Positions 36,550 through 46,241 are shown, counted from the first letter of the stretch. The stretch: DNA of 64,000 bases from Clostridia bacterium (GCA_017466805.1 JAFTTN010000066.1:38722-102721), one strand, 5' to 3'. Made by a program: numbers and translations. The notes: generated from the letters alone by a model not told the origin.

Positions 36550-37482
36550 ATGTTTAAAATCGGTACTGTTAACATCGATACCTCGCACGCTCCGTCCTTT
36601 GCGGAAATTCTTTTAAAGGGTGACGAGGGCCGCTACACCGCGATCTACAACGACGGGTTCCGAACCGACGACGAGGTTAATACCTTTATCGAAAGGTTTG
36701 GGCTTGAAAAGCGCTACACCGACCTTTCGGAGATGGCAAAGAATATCGACATTGCATTTATTCAAAGCTGCAATTGGGACGATCACGTTAAGCAGGCTAT
36801 GCCTTTTATAGAAGCAAACGTTCCGGTGTTTATCGACAAGCCTATTGCCGGAAATCTTGCCGATTTAAAGACTTTTGAGCAGCTTGACAAGGAAGGCAAG
36901 GTAATTCTTGGCACAAGCGCGATGCGTTATACCTACGAGCACGAATCGTTTTTTGCGATTCCCGAAGAGGAGCGCGGCAATATTATTCATATATCGGTTA
37001 TGGTAGGTGTTGACGAATTCAACTATGCTATACACGCGGTTGAATCGATTATGGGCTTTATTGGCGATATAACCCCGATTTCCACCCGTTTTATCGGAAC
37101 GAGCACGGTTGGCGACGTTCCCTGTGACAGCTATTATATTGTATTTGAAAACGGCGCGACCGCCTGCTACCATATATGCAAAAAGGGCTGGCAGCCCTCG
37201 ACAGCGCTCGTTATGACGAGCAAAACCAGCTTTGCTTATAAAATAGACAGCAACAAGGTTTACGAAGCAATGCTGAAGCAGGTTTGCGCGTATATGGCAG
37301 GCAAGGAAAACAAGCTTGCAACCGTTAAGCAGATGACCGATTCTGTAAAAATTATGCTTGCCGGAATTAAGAGTGCCGCAAACGACGGCAAGACCGAGCT
37401 TATTTCCGAGCTTACCGAGGCAGACCCCTCGTTCGACGGCAAGGCATTCGAGGAATTTTACGCCGCATCGCAAAGAAAGTAA
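36550..37482 (+). CDS. Gfo/Idh/MocA-like oxidoreductase-fold protein with degenerate dinucleotide-binding motif
   Basis: The layout KIGTVNIDTSHAPSF...IDIAFIQSCNWDDHVKQAMPFIEANVPVFIDKPIAG follows the family pattern. It lacks GxGxxG and has DKP in place of EKP. Confidence 0.4.
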   Translation: MFKIGTVNIDTSHAPSFAEILLKGDEGRYTAIYNDGFRTDDEVNTFIERFGLEKRYTDLSEMAKNIDIAFIQSCNWDDHVKQAMPFIEANVPVFIDKPIAGNLADLKTFEQLDKEGKVILGTSAMRYTYEHESFFAIPEEERGNIIHISVMVGVDEFNYAIHAVESIMGFIGDITPISTRFIGTSTVGDVPCDSYYIVFENGATACYHICKKGWQPSTALVMTSKTSFAYKIDSNKVYEAMLKQVCAYMAGKENKLATVKQMTDSVKIMLAGIKSAANDGKTELISELTEADPSFDGKAFEEFYAASQRK

Positions 37483-37514
37483 ATTTATTTAAAGTTTATA
37501 GTACGAAATATGAT

Positions 37515-37633
37515 ACGAGAGGGACCACGAAGGTCCCTCTCGTGCTCTCTTCAAAACTTTTTGATTTATTATTTTTGAAGATTTTTTAGGAAAAAGCACG
37601 AGAGAATCCTTTTTGTAAAAAGGATTCTCTCGT
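37515..37633. repeat. Head-to-head pair of ACGAGAGA hairpin repeats (copies D1, D2) at a convergent gene junction
   Basis: D1 (37515-37543) is ACGAGAGGGACC-acgaa-GGTCCCTCTCGT. D2 (37598-37633) is ACGAGAGAATCC-TTTTTGTAAAAA-GGATTCTCTCGT. The shared flank motif AGAGC/GCTCT faces inward. Confidence 0.8.
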
Positions 37634-37650
37634 TATCTTTTAAAATATTC

Positions 37651-38277
37651 TTACTTCTTTTCGGGCGAGATTACGATTTTTCTGTCTGCGCCTTCGCCGA
37701 TAGAGCGGGTGGTTACGCCTGCGATGTTTTGGCATTCGGAATGGATAATTCTGCGTTCGTATGCGTTCATCGGTTCAAGCGCAAAGCTTCTTTTATACTT
37801 AAGCACCTTTTCGCTCATTCTTCTTGCTACACCGCGAAGCGTTTCTGCGCGCTTTTCGCGGTAGCCCTGAACGTCAACGGTAACACGGTAAAAGCTGCTT
37901 TTTTCGATATTTGCGGCGAGCGTTGCGAGGTATTGGAGCGAATCCAAAACGTCGCCTCTTCTGCCGATAAGGATACCGAGATTACCGCCGTTGATTGCAA
38001 TGGTAACGCCTTCCTCGTCCTTTTCGACGATTTCGACGCTTGCATCGAGGTTCATATTTTTAATAATATTTTCGATAAATTCGTAAGCCTTTAATGCGGG
38101 GGTCATTTTAAGCGAAACGCTTACCTTTGCATCGCTTGCACCGATACCCAAAATACCTTTTTTGGGCTCTTCAAGCACTGTGTATTCAACCTCTTCGGGA
38201 GTAACGCCGAGCTCGGTGCAGGCAGCACTTACGGCAAGCTCTATTGTTTTAGCCGTTGCAACGGTTTCTTTCAACAT
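37651..38277 (-). CDS. jag: RNA-binding protein Jag/KhpB (Jag_N, KH, R3H domains)
   Basis: 208 aa. It carries GRRGDVLDSLQYL and the R3H region LEPMNAYERRIIHSECQ. It lies downstream of yidC. Confidence 0.88.
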   Translation of the reverse strand: MLKETVATAKTIELAVSAACTELGVTPEEVEYTVLEEPKKGILGIGASDAKVSVSLKMTPALKAYEFIENIIKNMNLDASVEIVEKDEEGVTIAINGGNLGILIGRRGDVLDSLQYLATLAANIEKSSFYRVTVDVQGYREKRAETLRGVARRMSEKVLKYKRSFALEPMNAYERRIIHSECQNIAGVTTRSIGEGADRKIVISPEKK

Positions 38278-38297
38278 ATTTTTTACCTTTCGTTAAA

Positions 38298-39611
38298 TCA
38301 GTTTTCACCGTTTTCGTCGGAGCTGCCGTTTTCGTCTTCATCGACGGTAAGCATTTCGATACGGCGCGGTGTACGTTGTGTGGGATCGATAGTTTTTGTC
38401 TTTTTGGGCTGTTCGCCGCGAACGATCATATCGTCGTAGCTGTTATCGTCCTCGTCAACCTCGATAGTAATAACCTTCTTTTTCTTTTGCGTTGCCTTCA
38501 TAGCCTTCTTTGCCGCCGCAATATCCTCCTCGGTTACCTTGGGGATAGGCATGGTTTTTGCAAAGACAAAGGTTTGAACCATAGAAAGAAGAGTTCTCCA
38601 GATCCAGTATACACCGATAGCGGCAGACATACTGTATGCGAACATTGCCGAGATAAGAGGCATACCGACCTCCATAAACAAGCCGCCGCCAACGGGGTTA
38701 CCGTTTGCATCGGTCTGGTTTGCAGAGCCGGAAAAGCGTTTTGTGAACTTGGTAGAAATAAACGAGGTGAGGAATACGAGCAGAGGAACTATCATAAGCC
38801 AGATATTTCTGTTGAAATCGGGCTCGTTGATAAAGTTGAGGTTGCCGATCTTATAATCGGGAAGATCATCGGCGTATGCGGTGAAGGGAGCGAGCTTTTC
38901 GTTGAGGCTTACCGCCTTTTCCGCGCTGATTTTTCCTTCCTCGACAAGCTTATCGAGCTCTTCCTTACCGTCGATGATAAGACGGGAGATAGCTACGTCG
39001 GTATAAGCACCCTTGCCGTTTGCATAGTATTCTTCATCGTTATAGGTGAACTTAAACGCATCTGCAGGAGTTTCATCGTTAACCTTGGCAACGCCCAAAT
39101 CACTTTGATAACCACTGTAAATGCTTAAATATTCGTTGTATTCGTCGCCTTCGAAGGAATCCTTATTAAGCGAATCCTTTAATTCCTGATAATAAACGAC
39201 GGCATTTTTGGAATTTGCTTCCATATCGAAGTTTTCGATATTACTCGAATAAGCGATAGGTTCTCTTACGATTGTAAAAAGAATCATAATTATAGGAAGC
39301 TGAATGAGCAGAGGCAGACAGCCGGCAAATTGGTTGTATCCGTTTTGCTGATACATTTCCTGTATTTCCATCTGCATTTTTTGTTGGGTTGCTCTATCGG
39401 TTCTTCCCTTATACTTTTCGCGGATCGCCATTTCCATAGGCTTGACCTTTGCCATTTTGATCTGCGATTTATGCTGTTTTATTGCGAGCGGAAGAAGAAT
39501 AATCTGGAACGCAAGCGCAAAGAAGAACAGCGCGATAATGTAGTGGTTGCCCGAAATATAAAGGCAGCCCTTCATCAGATACGAAAAAATATCGTAAATA
39601 AAATCCATCTT
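38298..39611 (-). CDS. yidC: Membrane protein insertase YidC/SpoIIIJ family (long form with large extracytoplasmic insert and charged tail)
   Basis: The likely start is MDFIYDIFSYL. It carries the YidC core motifs QxKMxxxxPxM-like QIKMAKVKPMEMAIREKYK and GCLPLLIQLPI. Confidence 0.85.
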   Translation of the reverse strand, partial: KMDFIYDIFSYLMKGCLYISGNHYIIALFFFALAFQIILLPLAIKQHKSQIKMAKVKPMEMAIREKYKGRTDRATQQKMQMEIQEMYQQNGYNQFAGCLPLLIQLPIIMILFTIVREPIAYSSNIENFDMEANSKNAVVYYQELKDSLNKDSFEGDEYNEYLSIYSGYQSDLGVAKVNDETPADAFKFTYNDEEYYANGKGAYTDVAISRLIIDGKEELDKLVEEGKISAEKAVSLNEKLAPFTAYADDLPDYKIGNLNFINEPDFNRNIWLMIVPLLVFLTSFISTKFTKRFSGSANQTDANGNPVGGGLFMEVGMPLISAMFAYSMSAAIGVYWIWRTLLSMVQTFVFAKTMPIPKVTEEDIAAAKKAMKATQKKKKVITIEVDEDDNSYDDMIVRGEQPKKTKTIDPTQRTPRRIEMLTVDEDENGSSDENGEN

Positions 39612-39763
39612 TTTTCCTTTCCTGCGGCAGAAAAAATATACCGCGGGTTGCTGCGAAGGCAAAGCTTTCGCAATCGTATTATTCGATAATTGACGGCAGT
39701 TTTTAATACACCGCCGTATGCGTTATGCCAAAACAACCGCATAACAGGCTTTTTTTACCCTGC

Positions 39764-39991
39764 TTATTTCCTTTTTTTCGGCGGAACGGGATCGTAGCCG
39801 CAATTTTTATTAAAGGGGTTACACCGCAAAAAACGGTATAACGCAAGCAAAAGCCCTTTGAATACGCCGTGTATTTCTATAGCTTCGACGGCGTATGCCG
39901 AGCAGCTTGGGGTAAAACGGCAGCAACGGGGCTTGTATGGTGAAATATTCTTTTGATAAAACCGTATCAGATATATAAAAAACCTTTTCAT
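39764..39991 (-). CDS. yidD: Membrane protein insertion efficiency factor YidD
   Basis: 75 aa. It carries [27 protein letters not shown]. Its start overlaps the rnpA stop (ATGA). Confidence 0.9.
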   Translation of the reverse strand: MKRFFIYLIRFYQKNISPYKPRCCRFTPSCSAYAVEAIEIHGVFKGLLLALYRFLRCNPFNKNCGYDPVPPKKRK

Positions 39992-40335
39992 AAAAGTGCC
40001 GCTTTTGACAATAATTCCTCGAGCTCGCTAACGACCACGGATACGTGAGCTTCGACACAAGGCTGGCGCGCGACAATGACGAAAATATAACCTTCTTTTA
40101 TAAACGGGTGGAAAACACGGTAGGCTTCGCGGATGATACGCTTTGCCCGATTTCGCTTGACCGCGTTGCCGCGGCTTTTTGATACGGTAATCCCGATTTT
40201 GTTAAGGTTTTTTTCACGCGTGTTTTTTAAAACGTACAGCGCGATATACTTGCCGGAAAAGCACCTGCCCTTTCGGTATGCGCGCGAGAACAGGTGGTTT
40301 TCCTTTAAAGTTTGTATCCTGCGTGTTTTTTCCAT
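39988..40335 (-). CDS. rnpA: Ribonuclease P protein component
   Basis: 115 aa, basic. It carries [23 protein letters not shown]. It lies downstream of rpmH. Confidence 0.9.
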   Translation of the reverse strand: MEKTRRIQTLKENHLFSRAYRKGRCFSGKYIALYVLKNTREKNLNKIGITVSKSRGNAVKRNRAKRIIREAYRVFHPFIKEGYIFVIVARQPCVEAHVSVVVSELEELLSKAALL

Positions 40336-40372
40336 TTTGAAAAACCTTCGGATAAAAGTTCGTTTTTAACGA

Positions 40373-40507
40373 TTAATAGGTGAGTCTTGCTCTGCCCTTT
40401 GCGCGTCTTCTTTTAAGAACCTTTCTGCCGTTAGCGGTAGCCATTCTCTTTCTGAAGCCGTGTTCTGCCTTTCTGTGTCTTTTCTTAGGCTGATATGTTC
40501 TAAGCAT
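40373..40507 (-). CDS. rpmH: 50S ribosomal protein L34
   Basis: Too short for the ORF track. Manual translation gives [44 protein letters not shown] (44 aa). GGAGG lies upstream. Confidence 0.95.
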   Translation of the reverse strand: MLRTYQPKKRHRKAEHGFRKRMATANGRKVLKRRRAKGRARLTY

Positions 40508-40595
40508 TGGTATTGCACCTCCAATTATTATTCAAAAACAAGTAGTAATAGCCTTCTCTGCTCCCGTGGTCAGCAGAGCATAGCAACATATTATA

Positions 40596-40637
40596 TAACA
40601 AAAAATCCCCATTTGTCAAGTGTTTTTGGGGATTTTT
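40596..40637 (-). terminator. Terminator of the GT-C-like gene overlapping the rpmH promoter
   Basis: On the minus strand: AAAATCCCC-17 nt loop-GGGGATTTT followed by TTG. The loop contains TTGACA (40614-40619), which sits 16-18 nt upstream of TATATAAT, giving the rpmH promoter. Confidence 0.6.
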
Positions 40638-40648
40638 TATTAATTATG

Positions 40649-42211
40649 TTAAGCCGCTGTAAGATATATTGCAAGGCTCGAAACGGCAAAAATTGCGGTT
40701 AATACGATAAGCGATATACGCAGTATTTTATCGAACATTTTGTTGTTTTTATCTCTATCCTTTAACAAAAGCCCAATATATAGAGCGCCGAAAACGACGG
40801 TCATTGCGATATATCGGAAGTCCATAGTACAGAAATGAGCAAATTCAAAGCAGAATTTTATATAAGAAAAAATTAAAGTTGCAACGCAAACCAGAGTAAA
40901 AATCAGCTCGGTTTTGGTATATCCGCGCTCATCGTCGGTGGTTTTAAAGGCTTTTACAAGAGTATAAACCGCCGAAACGGTGGCAACTATTGCTATAATT
41001 ACGGCAGACCAAAAAAGCAGATTTGCAAAAAGCTCGCCGACTGTGCTGCCGAAGCCAAGATAATATTCTCCGAACACGCTTGATTTTAGCGCACCGAGCG
41101 GTATATTATATTCGTAATAATCGTAAATTCCAACCTTGCTTTTTATCATTCTGGCGGGATAAACGCCGATATCGAACACCGATGAAAAATCGAACATACG
41201 CTCGAAAAAGCTGCGGAAGCCGATATATTGCGAATGGGTATCGGAAAGCTTTGGAACGTAGGTAAAGGGAGTATCGAAGCGGATATAATTTCTTACCTGC
41301 CACCAAAGTGCGATAGGAACGCAAAGCACGCCGAAGGATGCAAACTGACCTATAAGACCGATTTTGTTTTTATACTGCTTTCCAAACAGCTTTACCGCAA
41401 AAAGCATTGCTACACCGATAGAAATTAAGCCGCCGGAAAGCTTTACACCCATCGAAAAACCGATTGAAAGAGCAAGCTTTAAAATAGTTGAAAGCTTTGG
41501 CTCGCGGTACCATTTAATTGCAAGGTCGACAGAAATAAGCGCAAGCAGGAGCGATAAAACGTCGTTATTTATACTGCCCGCAAGGATTATAAATGTAGGG
41601 TGGAACGCAACTATTGCAAAGGGAATTATTAACGCGATACCTTTTAGATTAAATTTTTTAAAAAGGTTATAGGAAACGAGCATTATCATACTCGAGCAGA
41701 AGAGCGAAAGCAGCTGTAGATTTTCCTTTGCCGCATCGATCGCAATACCTGCGGTGGTTTGCATATGCAAAAACAGCGAGCAAAGATAATGCCATACGGG
41801 CGGTTGATAGAATTGCCAGCTTACAGAATCGGGAAGCTTTACGTGGTTATAAAACTTTAAAATATAATCGAAGTGTCCGTTGGTGCCGCTTACATCGTGC
41901 TGACGAATAAGATATCCGGTAGATTGAATATAAACTACGCGGAAAAAGAACCCGACAACGAAAAGCAAAAATATAACCGTTTTTTCATCAAGCGGTTGAT
42001 TTTTAACGTACTTTACCGCAAGTATTGCAAAAACGAACAAGCCCGCAAGAATAAATATTGCTTGCGCGGGATAAGCAAACCAATCCTGCCAAAAGGTAAA
42101 TATATTAAATAAGCCGCAAAGCATACAGCTTATAAAAAGCAAAACGTATCTTTTTTCGTAAGCCTTTTCGAGCATTTTTATTCTTTCCTTTTCATACCTC
42201 TTTTTTTGCAT
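40649..42211 (-). CDS. Polytopic membrane protein, GT-C fold glycosyltransferase-like (PMT_2/ArnT-like)
   Basis: 520 aa with about 12 predicted TM segments. It has the family-like stretch FHPTFIILAGSINNDVLSLLLALISVDLAIKWY and an acidic first-loop motif RQHDVSG. The assignment rests on pattern only. Confidence 0.45.
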   Translation of the reverse strand: MQKKRYEKERIKMLEKAYEKRYVLLFISCMLCGLFNIFTFWQDWFAYPAQAIFILAGLFVFAILAVKYVKNQPLDEKTVIFLLFVVGFFFRVVYIQSTGYLIRQHDVSGTNGHFDYILKFYNHVKLPDSVSWQFYQPPVWHYLCSLFLHMQTTAGIAIDAAKENLQLLSLFCSSMIMLVSYNLFKKFNLKGIALIIPFAIVAFHPTFIILAGSINNDVLSLLLALISVDLAIKWYREPKLSTILKLALSIGFSMGVKLSGGLISIGVAMLFAVKLFGKQYKNKIGLIGQFASFGVLCVPIALWWQVRNYIRFDTPFTYVPKLSDTHSQYIGFRSFFERMFDFSSVFDIGVYPARMIKSKVGIYDYYEYNIPLGALKSSVFGEYYLGFGSTVGELFANLLFWSAVIIAIVATVSAVYTLVKAFKTTDDERGYTKTELIFTLVCVATLIFSYIKFCFEFAHFCTMDFRYIAMTVVFGALYIGLLLKDRDKNNKMFDKILRISLIVLTAIFAVSSLAIYLTAA

Positions 42212-42244
42212 TATAAGTTAATACGTCGCGATTGTCAAGGGCAA

Positions 42245-42297
42245 GTATATAATGTATATATAATATATATTATTATAACTTAACTTTATATATAAAA
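42245..42297. other. AT-rich tract upstream of dnaA (left part of oriC)
   Basis: GTATATAATGTATATATAATATATATTATTATAACTTAACTTTATATATAAAAA, almost entirely A/T. Confidence 0.5.
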
Positions 42298-42302
42298 AGG
42301 GG

Positions 42303-42331
42303 TTTACTTTTTTAAAAGACTGTGCTATAAT
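42303..42331 (+). promoter_or_regulatory. dnaA promoter
   Basis: TTTACT, 17 nt, TGcTATAAT. Confidence 0.55.
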
Positions 42332-42344
42332 TAATCGAATATGT

Positions 42345-42365
42345 GTATCCACATATTGTGGATGT
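42345..42365. promoter_or_regulatory. Inverted pair of DnaA boxes between the dnaA promoter and start codon
   Basis: GTATCCACA (8/9 to TTATCCACA) and TGTGGATGT (7/9 to TGTGGATAA), separated by 3 nt. Confidence 0.65.
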
Positions 42366-42393
42366 TTTTATAGATAAAAATTAAGAGGAAGTT

Positions 42394-43716
42394 ATGACTA
42401 ACGAGGAATTAAAGCAGATTAAATTATACGTGCTTGAAGAGCTTGCAAAAATCTATACCTCTACCTCTATGAATCTTTGGTTAAAGCCGATGAGAGTAGT
42501 ATCGGTAGAAGGAACGAGTGTTACCGTTTCGTTTCCCCAAAGCAAAAAAACCTTTGTCGAAACCACCTATTACGAAACTATAAGGCTTAAATTTTCCGAG
42601 GTTATCGGTTTACCGATCGAATTGAAAATTATTTCCGATGAGGAAGAAGCAGAGCTTTTACCCGAATTGGAGCAAAAGGTCGATTCGGCTTATAAAATAC
42701 GTTTTAATCCCGAATACACATTTGAAAACTTCGTAGTAGGTAAATCGAACCAGCTTGCACAGTCTGCCGCTTTGGCGGTTGCAAGACAGCCCGCAGAGCT
42801 TAATAACCCTTTGTTTTTATACGGACCTTCGGGCTTGGGTAAAACTCACCTTTTATTTTCGATTGTTAACGAAATTCGTAAAAATCACCCGAATTACAAT
42901 ATTTTATACGTTACCGGCGAAGAATTTACCAACGAGCTTATCGACTCGCTTGCGGTAAAAAAACCGATGCTGTTCCGCGAAAAGTACCGTAATTTAGACG
43001 TGCTTTTGGTTGACGATATACAGTTTATCGCGGGTAAGATGTCGGTGCAGGAGGAATTCTTCCACACCTTCGATTCGCTTTTTAAGCTTAACAAGCAAAT
43101 TATTTTAGCATCCGACTGTGCGCCGAAGGATATTAACAATCTCGAGGACAGATTAAAGAGCCGTTTCGTTATGGGCTTGGTTGCGGATATTCAACCGCCC
43201 GATTTCGAATTACGCGTTGCCATATTTAAACGCAAGGCGCGCGATTTCGGATACGAGCTCGACAACGACGTGCTATATTTCCTTGCGGGAGTTATAACGA
43301 CGAACATCAGACAAATAGAGGGTGCTTTGAAAAAGCTTAAAGCTCACACCTTTATTACCGGCGAAACTTGCGACGTTTTTGTTGCAAAAGAGGTTTTGAA
43401 CGAATTTTTTGCGGCGGAAAACAGCAAGGAATCGATTATCGACAAGGTATTTGATTATGCCGAAAAGCGTTACGGTGTTAAGCGCGAGGATATTAAAAGC
43501 ACGCGCAGAACCGCGGATATTATTGCTGCAAGGCATTACGCAATATATCTTATACGCAAAACCACGAATCTTTCGCAATCTGCGATAGCAAAGCTTTTTA
43601 ATAAAAAGGATCACACTACGGTTATTAATTCGATAAGCTTTATTGAAAAGAAGATGCAGAACGAGCCTTCGTTTGAACGCGAAATAAAAATGGTTATTGC
43701 CGAGCTTATCGGTTAA
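42394..43716 (+). CDS. dnaA: Chromosomal replication initiator protein DnaA
   Basis: 440 aa. It carries Walker A GPSGLGKTHLL, LVDDIQF, and the C-terminal DNA-binding helix region RRTADIIAARHYAIYLIRKTTNLS..DHTTVI. Confidence 0.97.
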   Translation: MTNEELKQIKLYVLEELAKIYTSTSMNLWLKPMRVVSVEGTSVTVSFPQSKKTFVETTYYETIRLKFSEVIGLPIELKIISDEEEAELLPELEQKVDSAYKIRFNPEYTFENFVVGKSNQLAQSAALAVARQPAELNNPLFLYGPSGLGKTHLLFSIVNEIRKNHPNYNILYVTGEEFTNELIDSLAVKKPMLFREKYRNLDVLLVDDIQFIAGKMSVQEEFFHTFDSLFKLNKQIILASDCAPKDINNLEDRLKSRFVMGLVADIQPPDFELRVAIFKRKARDFGYELDNDVLYFLAGVITTNIRQIEGALKKLKAHTFITGETCDVFVAKEVLNEFFAAENSKESIIDKVFDYAEKRYGVKREDIKSTRRTADIIAARHYAIYLIRKTTNLSQSAIAKLFNKKDHTTVINSISFIEKKMQNEPSFEREIKMVIAELIG

Positions 43717-43762
43717 AAAACAAGTGAAGCGCGAAAAGAAAAGAAACCTTTTTATAAACATT

Positions 43763-43786
43763 TATTAGTAGTATTAGTATTAGTAG
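43763..43786 (+). promoter_or_regulatory. DnaA-trio-like trinucleotide array (origin unwinding element)
   Basis: TAT TAG TAG TAT TAG TAT TAG TAG is followed by the short GC-containing spacer TCCG and two tandem DnaA boxes. An A/T-rich tract lies on the other side (43741-43762). Confidence 0.6.
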
Positions 43787-43790
43787 TCCG

Positions 43791-43808
43791 TGTGGAAACT
43801 GTGGAAAA
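43791..43808 (-). promoter_or_regulatory. Two abutting DnaA boxes
   Basis: TGTGGAAAC (7/9) and TGTGGAAAA (8/9 to TGTGGATAA). Confidence 0.65.
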
Positions 43809-43873
43809 GATATAATATAAGATACCGCAATCAAAATACGACTTTTTACGAGTGGACAGGCTGTGGTTTGGGT

Positions 43874-43903
43874 TGTGGAAAAGTTGTGTTTTTGAGTGGA
43901 TAC
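43874..43903 (-). promoter_or_regulatory. Further DnaA boxes in the dnaA-dnaN spacer
   Basis: TGTGGAAAA at 43874-43882 (8/9) and AGTGGATAC at 43895-43903 (7/9). Weaker TGTGG-containing sites lie at 43851-43870. Confidence 0.55.
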
Positions 43904-43975
43904 ACGGAAAACAGCAAAAAATATCGAAAGGAAATCCGTATTTTAACGTGCTACACGTTGACGGAATGAAGAAAA

Positions 43976-45094
43976 ATGAAATTTGTTGCGGATAAGAAAA
44001 CTTTATTATCGATGATAATTCCTGCGGCATCGGCGGCTTCGAACAAGACCACGTTACCCGCACTCGAGGGATTACTGTTTACCTTAAAGGACGATACCCT
44101 TACGGTTTGCGGTTACGACCTTGAAAAAGGCGTAAGAACTATGGGTACTGTTACTGCAATGGAGGAGGGCTCGGTTATTATTAACGCGCAAAAGATAACC
44201 TCTATTGTAAGAAACTTCCCCGATTGCGATATTTGTATTGAATCCGACGACAGAAATATGGTAAGAATTACCGGCGGTATGTCCGACTTTTCGATTCACG
44301 GCGTTACTGCAGAAATGTTCCCCGGACTTCCCGAATTGGGCGGTGAAAACGCATTTAACATTTCGAGAACGCTGATGAAGGATATTATAAACAGCACTGT
44401 TTTTGCGGTTGCACAGTCCGAAGCAAGACCTATACTTACCGGTGAGCTGTTTATGATTGAAAACAGAACGCTTACTTGCGTTGCGCTCGACAACTTTAGG
44501 CTTGCATTGCGCGAGGAAAAGAACTGCGTATTTGACAACGACAACAGATTTTCGTTTATTGTGCCGGGCAAAGCGCTTTCCGACCTTGCAAAGCTGCTTG
44601 ACGACGATGAAGAGCCTTTGAGAGTTGAGTTTACCGCAAAATATATTATTTTTAAGCTTGGAGATATTGTATTTTTCTCGAGATTGCTCGAGGGTGAATA
44701 TCTCGATTACAGAAGAGCGCTTCCGCAATCGAACAAGATTTTTGCAACTATTAACAGAAGCGATTTTATAGAATCTGCCGAAAGAGCAAGCTTGCTTGTT
44801 GATGAAAAGCTAAGAACACCGCTTCGCTGTAAATTTGAGGATAACAGTCTTAATATTTCCTGCAGCACGCAGTACGGCAGCGTTAATGATAATATAAGAA
44901 TCAAAAAAGAGGGCGACGATATAGAAATCGGCTTTAACAACAGATATTTGCTCGACGCATTGCGTGCCTGCAAGGATGAAAAGATTATCGCTTCGCTTTC
45001 GACTCCTTTGATGAGTATGATGATAGAGCCTGCCGAAAAGGATCCCGACAGCAGCTATAAATATCTCGTGCTTCCCTGCAAATTAAAGGATTAA
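43976..45094 (+). CDS. dnaN: DNA polymerase III beta sliding clamp
   Basis: 372 aa. It has a three-domain clamp pattern, a MKF..K..L start, LEGEYLDYRR and LVLPCKL near the C-terminus. It lies downstream of dnaA. Confidence 0.95.
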   Translation: MKFVADKKTLLSMIIPAASAASNKTTLPALEGLLFTLKDDTLTVCGYDLEKGVRTMGTVTAMEEGSVIINAQKITSIVRNFPDCDICIESDDRNMVRITGGMSDFSIHGVTAEMFPGLPELGGENAFNISRTLMKDIINSTVFAVAQSEARPILTGELFMIENRTLTCVALDNFRLALREEKNCVFDNDNRFSFIVPGKALSDLAKLLDDDEEPLRVEFTAKYIIFKLGDIVFFSRLLEGEYLDYRRALPQSNKIFATINRSDFIESAERASLLVDEKLRTPLRCKFEDNSLNISCSTQYGSVNDNIRIKKEGDDIEIGFNNRYLLDALRACKDEKIIASLSTPLMSMMIEPAEKDPDSSYKYLVLPCKLKD

Positions 45095-45144
45095 TTAAAA
45101 GATTATTTAAAATAATTATATCGCATATTGCGAACAAAAAAAGA

Positions 45145-46224
45145 ATGAAAATTCAACATTTATCGTTGCGTAATTTTCGCAATGCCGAGGAAAGCGAAAT
45201 AGGTTTTTCCCCGGGTGTAAACGTTATATGCGGTGCAAACGCCGCCGGAAAAACAAATATTTTAGAAGCAATATTCTATTTTGCGGCGGGAAAAAGCTTT
45301 AGAAACTGCAAGGACAGGGAGCTTATTAAATTCGGCTGTGAAAAGGGGCAGATAGGGATAAAATTTGCCACGCAGAACGTTGAATACGATATGTCGGCAA
45401 TACTTAATAAGAGCGGCAGACGTATTATTAAGCTCGGAAACAGCGTTCCGCTTAAAATGACCGAATATATAGGCAGATTCCGTGCTGTGATTTTCACGCC
45501 CGACCATTTAAGTCTTGTAAAGGGCTCGCCCGAAAACAGAAGAAGATTTTTGGATCTTGCTATTTGCCAATCGTTCCCGCGGTATGCGCCCACGCTTAAC
45601 GAATACAACCGTGTGCTTGCACAGAAAAATGCACTTTTAAAGCGCGGAAACGTTATTGACGAGCTTTTGCAGGTTTATAACGAGCGTTTGGCGTCGTTAG
45701 CAGCGGTAATTACGGTTAACAGACGCAAATACGTTTTAAAGCTTGAAGAGGAAGCAAAAAAATTTTTGCTTGATATGAGCGGAAGTAAGGAAAATTTAAC
45801 GCTTAATTATCAATCTCAGGCAGGCTTATTTGAAAGCCAGGACGAGCTTAAAGAAAAGTATTTACAGCTTTTTAATGAAAAGGCGGGCTACGAAAAAGAG
45901 CGTTATTTAGCCTTTTACGGAGCGCACAAGGACGATTTTGCGGTTTGTATAAACAAAAAAAGCGCAAGAATGTATGGCTCGCAAGGGCAGCAAAGAAGTA
46001 TAGTTTTGGCTTTGAAGCTTGCCGAGGGCGAGCTTTCGGCAAAGCTTACCGGGGAATATCCCGTATTTTTGCTTGACGATATACTTTCCGAGCTTGATAA
46101 GGACAGAAAGGAATATATACTTTCGCGCATAATCGACAGGCAGGTTATTATAACCGGCTGTGAAAGCGAAGTTTTTGAAAGCGAAGGTAAAATATTCGTC
46201 CGCGAAGGTAAAATAAGCTATTAG
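45145..46224 (+). CDS. recF: DNA replication and repair protein RecF
   Basis: 359 aa. It carries Walker A GANAAGKTNILEAI, signature GSQGQQRS and Walker B FLLDDILSELD. Confidence 0.95.
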   Translation: MKIQHLSLRNFRNAEESEIGFSPGVNVICGANAAGKTNILEAIFYFAAGKSFRNCKDRELIKFGCEKGQIGIKFATQNVEYDMSAILNKSGRRIIKLGNSVPLKMTEYIGRFRAVIFTPDHLSLVKGSPENRRRFLDLAICQSFPRYAPTLNEYNRVLAQKNALLKRGNVIDELLQVYNERLASLAAVITVNRRKYVLKLEEEAKKFLLDMSGSKENLTLNYQSQAGLFESQDELKEKYLQLFNEKAGYEKERYLAFYGAHKDDFAVCINKKSARMYGSQGQQRSIVLALKLAEGELSAKLTGEYPVFLLDDILSELDKDRKEYILSRIIDRQVIITGCESEVFESEGKIFVREGKISY

Positions 46225-46241
46225 GCTTTGGAGTAAAAAAC

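Noticed and set aside
40649-46224. The low GC of the GT-C-like gene considered as evidence of a horizontally acquired island.
   Set aside because: dnaA, dnaN and recF next to it look similarly AT-rich by eye, so the composition is not distinctive for that gene alone. Only its position is reported as unusual.
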